IMG/VR virus record: IMGVR_UViG_3300009061_000331
Location: 1-18,093 of that record
Direction: 5' to 3' (one strand)
Origin: a virus
DNA: 18,093 nucleotides
Shown piece by piece: positions 1 to 5,387 of this stretch. The position numbers and the translations under genes were made by a program. The notes beneath the pieces are model-generated. The model worked only from the letters and a program-made list of their open reading frames with translations, ran no database searches and was not told the origin of the DNA. Numbering within the stretch: the first letter of the stretch is position 1; the number at the start of each line of letters is the position of its first letter.

Positions 1-123
1 CTTGCCACTTTTCCAATGTGGCACACATTCTAAAGCAATCGGGACATTTTCAGTATTTTTCTGGGATTCGGCTTTATAATAATTAATAAATTTATTTCTG
101 AATTCTATTCTTTCTTCTTTTGA
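1..123. repeat. Terminal redundancy, copy 1: identical to 17971-18093. Read as a circular-closure overlap giving a unit length of 17,970 bp.
   Basis: Base-for-base comparison of the two window ends gives 123/123 identity. A minus-strand ORF reads through the join without a stop. Confidence 0.95.
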
Positions 124-480
124 TAATAATAATAATAAATTACTGAATATGTGGATATGAAACCCTCTACTACCTGTTGAATAACAATTATAACTTATAC
201 CTTCATTTTTTAAACTAATACAAACTGTATTAACTCGTTCTTTTAATTGTTCAAATGTTTCGTTATTAAAAGGGTCAAAGTCTAAAACTATTTCATTTTT
301 TAATAATGTTCTATGTGTTGCTTTATCTAGTTCTTCTTCTGTTGCGTTTAAATAATAAACCCATTTAGTGAAACCTTTAGAGCCGTCTGATTTAATATAA
401 TTAGTAAATATTCTAAAATTGGTCTGTTGCTTGCCTATGAAATAATACAATTCTCCAAGTATCCTATTAGTTTTATTCAT
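1..480 (-). CDS. Compact archaeo-eukaryotic primase (AEP)/PrimPol-type protein, ~167 aa. Codons 1-160 are here; the last 7 codons and the stop lie at 17970-17947 across the circular join.
   Basis: Not in the supplied ORF track because it runs off the window edge. Hand translation from ATG 480-478: MNKTNRILGELYYFIGKQQTNFRIFTNYIKSDGSKGFTKWVYYLNATEEELDKATHRTLLKNEIVLDFDPFNNETFEQLKERVNTVCISLKNEGISYNCYSTGSRGFHIHIFSNLLLLLSKEERIEFRNKFINYYKAESQKNTENVPIALECVPHWKSGK, then NKTRCYF-stop after the join. AEP-like motifs: VLDFD (motif I, DxD), STGSRGFHIHIF (motif II, sGxGxH), VPHWKSGK (motif III-like). The ATG overlaps the TGA of the upstream RHH gene (ATGA). Confidence 0.8.
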   Translation of the reverse strand, partial: MNKTNRILGELYYFIGKQQTNFRIFTNYIKSDGSKGFTKWVYYLNATEEELDKATHRTLLKNEIVLDFDPFNNETFEQLKERVNTVCISLKNEGISYNCYSTGSRGFHIHIFSNLLLLLSKEERIEFRNKFINYYKAESQKNTENVPIALECVPHWKSGK

Positions 481-599
481 TTTTGTTTTGCTATTAATAG
501 TAATCTTTTTATTAAATCATCAAATGTTTCACTTTTCTTTCCAAACTCTAAAAGATCAGTATGTGTTTCAATAGATATTTTTATTATTTTTTCACTCAT
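477..599 (-). CDS. Small ribbon-helix-helix (CopG/Arc-like) DNA-binding protein, 40 aa; first gene of the leftward replication operon.
   Basis: Hand translation: MSEKIIKISIETHTDLLEFGKKSETFDDLIKRLLLIAKQK. It has a short N-terminal beta-strand segment followed by two helix-like segments, typical RHH size. GAGGT lies 8 nt upstream of the ATG. Its stop overlaps the PrimPol start. Confidence 0.55.
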   Translation of the reverse strand: MSEKIIKISIETHTDLLEFGKKSETFDDLIKRLLLIAKQK

Positions 600-647
600 T
601 ATATAAAACCTCAGTATAATTTCTTATTACTGTCTTATATTCATTCA

Positions 648-655
648 TATATAAA
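648..655 (-). promoter_or_regulatory. Archaeal-type TATA box (TTTATATA on the minus strand) for the leftward RHH-PrimPol-helicase operon.
   Basis: Plus strand reads tatataaa at 648-655, preceded on the minus strand by the A-rich tract ACAAAAAC. It sits ~50 nt upstream of ATG 599, with the GAGGT SD between them. Confidence 0.4.
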
Positions 656-677
656 GTTTTTGTTTTTTTTGTCTTCT

Positions 678-707
678 GCTTAAAACTTTTAAGCAAAGAT
701 TAAAATA
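678..707. promoter_or_regulatory. Operator-like element: perfect palindrome GCTTAAAA-C-TTTTAAGC (678-694) overlapping copy 1 (684-707) of a 24-nt repeat shared with 11704-11727.
   Basis: AACTTTTAAGCAAAGATTAAAATA is identical at both loci. Each copy lies 20-28 nt upstream (minus-strand sense) of a TTTATATA box. Confidence 0.5.
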
Positions 708-717
708 TTTAAGATTC

Positions 718-819
718 TTGCCACCCTATCCAGCTTTTCCACCGTAAAATACCCTAAGGCGGAGCGTTGACCCTCTCCTATAGGTAAAAACAGGGTGGTT
801 ATGTTGGATAGGGTGGCAA
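718..819. other. GC-rich long hairpin: 17-bp stem (718-734 pairs with 803-819, one G-T pair) enclosing 68 nt. Candidate replication origin or structured RNA.
   Basis: TTGCCACCCTATCCAGC and GTTGGATAGGGTGGCAA are reverse complements. My count is 50 G+C in 102 nt (~49%) against a much more AT-rich background. The heptamer CCACCCT/AGGGTGG occurs at 721-727, 792-798 and 810-816. Inner pairings are possible: GGAG 761-764 with CTCC 775-778, and ACCCT 751-755 with AGGGT 792-796. Confidence 0.5.
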
Positions 820-845
820 CGGTAATGTTTATGAAAGCTTATTTT

Positions 846-876
846 TTGACTAAAAACTTCAAAAAAATATATAAAT
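846..876 (+). promoter_or_regulatory. Promoter for the rightward (structural) operon.
   Basis: An A-rich tract plus ATATATAAAT (867-876) lies ~40-50 nt upstream of ATG 916, with the SD AGGGTGAT at 901-908. The same DNA also reads as TTGACT(846-851)-N18-TATAAA. Confidence 0.45.
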
Positions 877-915
877 AAAAAACCCTTTTGTTATATTTAT
901 AGGGTGATTTAACAA

Positions 916-1107
916 ATGAGTTTTATTAAAGCAATAATGGGTTTAACTGTATCAGTTATCGTTACTACTACTGTTTTAGTACCAACTATCAAAGATGTGA
1001 ATGATGATGGTTATACTAGCGCAGAGAAATCTATGGTCGTTTTAGCTTCGTTAATAGCAATCATAGGTTTAGTATACGGTATTGGTAGTGCTTTCGGAAT
1101 GATGTAA
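916..1107 (+). CDS. 63-aa protein of two hydrophobic helices. Candidate major virion protein, resembling spindle-shaped-virus major capsid proteins.
   Basis: Hydrophobic helices at about residues 5-24 and 41-61, separated by the charged loop KDVNDDGYTSAEK. It is the first gene after the strongest-looking promoter, has a good SD, and is followed by a hairpin + T-tract. Confidence 0.45.
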   Translation: MSFIKAIMGLTVSVIVTTTVLVPTIKDVNDDGYTSAEKSMVVLASLIAIIGLVYGIGSAFGMM

Positions 1108-1137
1108 ACCAGTGTTTATAATCAGGTATAGCAAAAA

Positions 1138-1177
1138 GGTTAAAGGTAACTTTAACCAACCCTTTTATTTTTTTTGT
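1138..1177 (+). terminator. Intrinsic terminator/attenuator after the 63-aa gene.
   Basis: Perfect stem GGTTAAAG(1138-1145)-GTAA-CTTTAACC(1150-1157), followed by TTTTATTTTTTTT (1163-1177). Confidence 0.6.
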
Positions 1178-1213
1178 TAGATTAACTAAGATTCATTGAG
1201 GGTATAAAAAAAA

Positions 1214-1624
1214 ATGATAATAACATTATGGATAACATTATTAATTCTTTCTTTCTTATTAATTATAGTAGGTTACAAATTTAGTGATACAAGTGTTAGT
1301 GATATATTAATAATTGTAGGTTGGGCTTTTGTTTGTCTATTAGGAATAGTTCTTTTAAGTAATGCTTTAGAATTTAAAACTGGTGAAACAACAATTGAGA
1401 CTTATACTTATAATCCAAATAATACAACAGATACAATAACGAAAGTTACAAGTAATGTATATACACCTTTTGTACAAGAAGGTTCAGGAGCTTTAAAGAA
1501 AGCTACAGATACTCACGTTTGGGGATTTTTTTTAATGCTTAGTGGCTTATTTGGTAGTATTTTATTTTGGTTTGATAGAAAAGCTTACGGTAAAAGATTT
1601 AACGAGGTTAGATATGAGGAATAA
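1214..1624 (+). CDS. Membrane protein, 136 aa, ~3 predicted TM helices.
   Basis: ORF track. Two N-terminal hydrophobic helices and one near the C-terminus. GAGGGT lies upstream. Confidence 0.6.
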   Translation: MIITLWITLLILSFLLIIVGYKFSDTSVSDILIIVGWAFVCLLGIVLLSNALEFKTGETTIETYTYNPNNTTDTITKVTSNVYTPFVQEGSGALKKATDTHVWGFFLMLSGLFGSILFWFDRKAYGKRFNEVRYEE

Positions 1625-1757
1625 AAAGAATAATAAAAACAATCGTCTTATGAAAATAAAAATATGGGATGATAGTGGTAAACCAGTATTTAAAGATAAA
1701 TGCAAAGCTAAAGACTTAAGTAAAAGTTTTGGTAATATATTAAAGAAGTTTAATTAA
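1614..1757 (+). CDS. Small basic protein, 47 aa (MRNKKNNKNNRLMKIKIWDDSGKPVF...).
   Basis: In-frame ATG at 1614 with GAGGT (1604-1608) 5 nt upstream. The longer 1542 start would overlap the previous gene by 83 nt and has no SD. Confidence 0.45.
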   Translation: MRNKKNNKNNRLMKIKIWDDSGKPVFKDKCKAKDLSKSFGNILKKFN

Positions 1758-1758
1758 T

Positions 1759-4700
1759 ATGGTCAGTGAACAATATAAAGCTTATTTAAAGACGGATAGA
1801 GGAAAAACAGCACAGAAAGCTAAGATCGAACATTTAGAACGTGGTAAAAAACAAGCTAAGAGTAAATCTTCTAAGAAAAGAATACAAAAAAAAATAGATG
1901 AAGAAAAAAGATTAAAAAAAGAAGTTACACCTATTACTCCTAAATCTTATATTGTTGATGGTAAAAAAGTTAGTAAGGCTCAGTATGAGCAAAGCGTTAT
2001 TGATAAGTCTAAGAAACTTAAAGAGGGTGAGAAACTTGTAGCTAAAACTACTATGTATAATAGACAATATCAAAAAAAAGAACAACCTAAAACTGTTAAA
2101 GGTGTTGATGTAAAAAAAGAACAACCTAGGACATGGCAAGAAACAGAAGATTTTAAACAAAAAAAAGAAACATGGCAAGAATATTACGATCGTAAATATA
2201 AATTAAAAAACAAACCTACCCAGACTTTACAACCTATTATCAATAACAAGGGGCAAATTATAGGATATAAAGACACTTCTACTAAAAAAAGTGTTTTAAT
2301 ACCTAAAGGAAAAGAAGTTACAGAATCGGCTTTATTAAAAGTTGATAAAAGTAGAGCTGTTAGTAAAGAAATAGAGAAAAAAAACAAACAAACTGATAAA
2401 ATAAAAAATTTAACAAGTTCTGTTACTATTCCAACCCAAAAAGGTAATTTTATGTTTTATCCAGGGTATTTTAGAGATTACCAAAATTTCGCTAATAAAA
2501 AAATTCAACAATCTAAATCTATTCTAGTTAAATCTTTATTTGGTGCTTCTAAATTAGTAATAGGTGTTGCAGAGCCGATTCTAGATACACCATATTATGC
2601 TACAAAATTAATTACTACTACTGGCAAGAATATTATTCCAATACTATCAGATCTAAAAAAAGAAGGATCCAGATTTATAACTTTATCTAATAAAAAAGAT
2701 GATAGTTTTAGTTTAAGCATTTCAAAAGCACTAAAAGATAAGAAAAATGTAAAATCTGTAAAAAATATAATAAGTAATAAAGTTTCAGATACAGTTTTAA
2801 CAACTTCTATTTTAGCAGGTGATTTTTCAAGAGATGTAAAAAAATCTTTTCAAGAAGATCCTTTATATGCTGGTGGGTTTACTACTGGATTATTATATGG
2901 TGGTAAGATTCTTAACAGTGCCAGTGAATTTTTTTCTAAAACAATCGTAAGTACACAGTCTAAATTAGATAAAATGTTACCTTCAAGACCCTATTATGTT
3001 GAAAAATTACCAGAAGGTTTTGAAGTTCATAAAGGAGAATTTGTTCAAGATTTATTAAAATATAAAGGTGAATCTTTTGAACGTGGAGGAAAAGTATTTG
3101 GGGTTAGAAGGGTACAAGAATTTGAACCTAAAAAACTATTACAAGATCCTTTAGAACAAAGTTCAGCCTTTATTGATAAATTAAAAGGTAAAAAACCAGG
3201 TCAAATAAAATATTTTGATTCTGTAGGTCAAGACATTTTATTAAGGGATGTTCCCAGTGAATTTGCAACACCTAAAACAGAGTTATTAATACCAAATCAA
3301 GGAACACAAACTGTTGCAAGTGTTACCCCAGATAGTAAATTCTTAGTAGAAGGATCTAAAAAGGGTGGATATACCAGTATAAGTGGAGGTGGTCAAGAAT
3401 TAGAAACTATTCAAGGTAGAGCTGGTGTTGGTGGTGGAGAATTAGGACAGTTTTTTAGCGTCCCAACAAGTAAAGATATAGCAGGAGTTAAGAAAGGAAC
3501 TCCTCAAGTTTATACTTATTATAGTGGGGTTACAGGTTCAAGTGACTATACAGAAAAACTTCCTTTAAAATTTACTTTAAAGAAACCTAAACCAGGAGTA
3601 ATTTTCCAACAAGAGAATATTAATGTTCCTATAACAACAAAAAAAGGTTATGAGGAATTAGCTCAAGATTTAGCAGGTTATACTGAACCTAGTACTTTTC
3701 AATTAAGTGCTTCAACTATTAAAGGTGTAAGATCAGAGTTAGAAGTTATCAAAAGTCCTCAGACTTATACAACCTTAACAAAAACAACAGATATAAACGT
3801 ACCAGGATATTCTAAAGGTTTTAATATATTTTATGGTAGGAATGTACCTTTAACAAAAAAAGGTTACCATGAAGCTTTAGATGCTAACATTAAATTTTTA
3901 GAAAATCGTATAACTGAAGTTAAAAATATTATTAAGACTTCACCAGAACTTGAAAGTAAAGGTAATATTATAATTAAACGTGAATTAAGAAATATTGAAA
4001 ATATTAAATTGGCTCAACAAGGTAAAAAATACAAAAATGTTCCTAATTTAGATTCATCAAGTAAAGAGGCATATAATAAGTTTGAGGATTTAGGCTTAAG
4101 TCCACAAAATTCACCAAGTTATAATTATGTGACACCTAGTGATTTAATTAGTAGTAATAAACCCATTATTAGTGGTGTAGCTATTACTGTTTCAAAATTA
4201 TCAGCAGATAAAGAAGAAGTTATTTTTAGCGATTCAAGTAGTAGTCCTAGTACTAAACCAAGTAGTAGTCCTAGTATTAAACCAAGTAGTAGTAATAATA
4301 ATAATTTAAATATTTCTTCTATTAGTTCTAATATTATTTCTAGTAAAGTTATTAGTACTAAATCAAGTAGTAGTCCTAGTACTAAACCAAGTAGTAGTCC
4401 TAGTATTAAACCAAGTAGTAGTCCTAGTATTAAACCAAGTAGTAGTCCTAGTATTAAACCAAGTAGTAGTTCTAGTATTATTCCTAGTATAATTGAAAGT
4501 CAGATACCTCGTGCGTCATTATTTCCACCATTTAAGAAAAGTAATAATAAATTTTCCACTGGTTTTGGTGTTGAAGTTCGTAAGAAAGGTAAGTTTAGAC
4601 CTATTTTTGGGTCATTTCGTACAAAAAAAGAAGCTACTAGATTCGGTATGTTTAAAGTTGGTACAACTGCACGTGCAAGTTTTAGAGTAGTTGATAAGAA

Positions 4701-4875
4701 AACTGGTATTAGAAGAAAATTTAGAGGATCAGGTAAACCTTTAGATTTTTATAAAAAAGGTAATGTTTTCATAGAGAAACGTGGTCGTCGTATTAAAAGT
4801 CGTGGTGAAGTTCGTGAAATTAGTTTAAAAGGTGTAAGAAGTCAAAGAAAAGGGAAAAAGTTTAAAATGTATTAG
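1759..4875 (+). CDS. Large virion-associated-like protein, 1038 aa: Lys-rich N-terminus, central region, Ser/Pro repeat linker, strongly basic C-terminal domain.
   Basis: Long uninterrupted ORF in AT-rich DNA. N-terminal ~230 aa are K/E/Q-rich. SSSPS[T/I]KP repeats span roughly residues 826-909. The C-terminal ~120 aa are R/K-rich (RKKGKFRPIFGSFRTKKEATRFG...KRGRRIKSRGEVREISLKGVRSQRKGKKFKMY). I recognise no family. Confidence 0.75.
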   Translation: MVSEQYKAYLKTDRGKTAQKAKIEHLERGKKQAKSKSSKKRIQKKIDEEKRLKKEVTPITPKSYIVDGKKVSKAQYEQSVIDKSKKLKEGEKLVAKTTMYNRQYQKKEQPKTVKGVDVKKEQPRTWQETEDFKQKKETWQEYYDRKYKLKNKPTQTLQPIINNKGQIIGYKDTSTKKSVLIPKGKEVTESALLKVDKSRAVSKEIEKKNKQTDKIKNLTSSVTIPTQKGNFMFYPGYFRDYQNFANKKIQQSKSILVKSLFGASKLVIGVAEPILDTPYYATKLITTTGKNIIPILSDLKKEGSRFITLSNKKDDSFSLSISKALKDKKNVKSVKNIISNKVSDTVLTTSILAGDFSRDVKKSFQEDPLYAGGFTTGLLYGGKILNSASEFFSKTIVSTQSKLDKMLPSRPYYVEKLPEGFEVHKGEFVQDLLKYKGESFERGGKVFGVRRVQEFEPKKLLQDPLEQSSAFIDKLKGKKPGQIKYFDSVGQDILLRDVPSEFATPKTELLIPNQGTQTVASVTPDSKFLVEGSKKGGYTSISGGGQELETIQGRAGVGGGELGQFFSVPTSKDIAGVKKGTPQVYTYYSGVTGSSDYTEKLPLKFTLKKPKPGVIFQQENINVPITTKKGYEELAQDLAGYTEPSTFQLSASTIKGVRSELEVIKSPQTYTTLTKTTDINVPGYSKGFNIFYGRNVPLTKKGYHEALDANIKFLENRITEVKNIIKTSPELESKGNIIIKRELRNIENIKLAQQGKKYKNVPNLDSSSKEAYNKFEDLGLSPQNSPSYNYVTPSDLISSNKPIISGVAITVSKLSADKEEVIFSDSSSSPSTKPSSSPSIKPSSSNNNNLNISSISSNIISSKVISTKSSSSPSTKPSSSPSIKPSSSPSIKPSSSPSIKPSSSSSIIPSIIESQIPRASLFPPFKKSNNKFSTGFGVEVRKKGKFRPIFGSFRTKKEATRFGMFKVGTTARASFRVVDKKTGIRRKFRGSGKPLDFYKKGNVFIEKRGRRIKSRGEVREISLKGVRSQRKGKKFKMY
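4234..4485 (+). repeat. In-frame 24-nt tandem repeats (AGTAGTAGTCCTAGTAYTAAACCA, encoding SSSPS[T/I]KP) in two blocks, 4237-4293 and 4366-4485.
   Basis: Units are identical at nucleotide level. The 60-nt segment 4234-4293 recurs exactly at 4363-4422. The last unit (4462-4485) is degenerate. Confidence 0.9.
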
Positions 4876-4885
4876 GTGATTAAAA

Positions 4886-5158
4886 ATTAACACAAAAAAA
4901 GAATTAAAAATAAAGTTAAAAACTGATAAAATAAGAAAGGAAAATAAAAGGTTATCAGCTAAAAATAAAATTCGTTCTGATTTGTATAAAGCTAAACAAA
5001 GAAGAAGGATTCTGAAACAAAAGATTAATAAACGTAGATATAATAATATCAATAAAGCTATTAAACTTGTTTCTAAAGAGATAAAAAAAAATAAATCTAA
5101 TAAATCATCTAATAAAAAAAGAGAAAAACCTAAAGGAATGTGGGGTGAATTATATTAA
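4886..5158 (+). CDS. Candidate unlisted gene for a ~90-aa very basic protein with no canonical start codon (possible ATT start).
   Basis: The frame is open for 92 sense codons, 4880-5155, with the stop at 5156-5158, in an otherwise tightly packed operon. AGGTGAT (4874-4880) lies 5 nt before ATT 4886. The stop is 1 nt before the next ATG (5160). Hand translation: NTKKELKIKLKTDKIRKENKRLSAKNKIRSDLYKAKQRRRILKQKINKRRYNNINKAIKLVSKEIKKNKSNKSSNKKREKPKGMWGELY. Confidence 0.4.
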   Translation: MNTKKELKIKLKTDKIRKENKRLSAKNKIRSDLYKAKQRRRILKQKINKRRYNNINKAIKLVSKEIKKNKSNKSSNKKREKPKGMWGELY

Positions 5159-5159
5159 G

Positions 5160-5387
5160 ATGAATAAAAAAGGTAATACTTTTGTATTATTTTTTTGGAT
5201 ATTAACATTTATACCATTTTGGGTTTATTTCTTCGGACCTGTACTTAGTGAATGGGGTAAACGTGCTATTATTGAGAATAATATGATAGGTATAGAAGCT
5301 TTTCTATATGGAAACCTTAATCTAGCAATATTCTTTTTTTTATTGTTAGTAATGTTTGGTGTTGGATTTGTAGGTGATAGAAGATGA
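5160..5387 (+). CDS. Small membrane protein, ~75 aa, 2 TM helices.
   Basis: ORF track frame. I prefer ATG 5160 over GTG 5145, which lies inside the SD-like GGGGTGA. ATT 5154 is also possible. The stop overlaps the next start (ATGA at 5384). Confidence 0.6.
   Translation: MNKKGNTFVLFFWILTFIPFWVYFFGPVLSEWGKRAIIENNMIGIEAFLYGNLNLAIFFFLLLVMFGVGFVGDRR

Noticed and set aside
1-16. CTTGCCAC + TTTTCCA at 1-15 resembles 717-724 + 735-741 beside the hairpin, which could hint at paired recombination sites.
   Set aside because: The matches are short and split, and one copy lies inside the PrimPol coding sequence. I cannot distinguish this from chance without recombination-junction evidence.
718-819. GC-rich island read as a tRNA gene or a tRNA-derived attP core.
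   Set aside because: I found no T-loop-like GTTCRAATC, no cloverleaf proportions (the stem is 17 bp), and no anticodon-arm geometry on either strand. An att function cannot be excluded without searching host genomes.
846-876. Bacterial reading (sigma-70 TTGACT-N18-TATAAA promoter; a low-GC Firmicute/Mollicute, plasmavirus-like element).
   Set aside because: Not excluded. I consider it less likely because of the consensus TTTATATA boxes at archaeal spacing, the SD-less first gene at 11650, the GGTGAT-type SDs, and gene content resembling archaeal spindle and pleomorphic viruses.
801-878. Short ORF (MLDRVATVMFMKAYFLTKNFKKIYK) starting in the right arm of the hairpin, read as a possible leader peptide.
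   Set aside because: The AGGGTGG upstream is only 2 nt from the ATG. The ORF runs through the putative promoter of the 63-aa gene and there is no supporting signal.
1542-1613. Long N-terminal extension of the 47-aa ORF (track start 1542).
   Set aside because: It would overlap the preceding membrane gene by 83 nt and has no SD, whereas ATG 1614 has GAGGT 5 nt upstream.
1912-2387. Minus-strand ORFs 1912-2178 and 2184-2387 (Phe/Leu-rich).
   Set aside because: They are antisense shadows of the Lys-rich (AAA-rich) 5' part of the 1038-aa gene, with low-complexity F/L composition and no SD.
4234-4485. Tandem 24-nt repeats read as a CRISPR-like array.
   Set aside because: The units are contiguous with no spacers, are in frame and code for SSSPS[T/I]KP, and there are no cas genes.
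4493-5052. ORF 4493-4690 (+, alternative frame) and ORF 4825-5052 (-).
   Set aside because: The first lies entirely inside the 1038-aa gene in another frame. The second is the antisense shadow of A-rich coding sequence and would oppose a tightly packed rightward operon.
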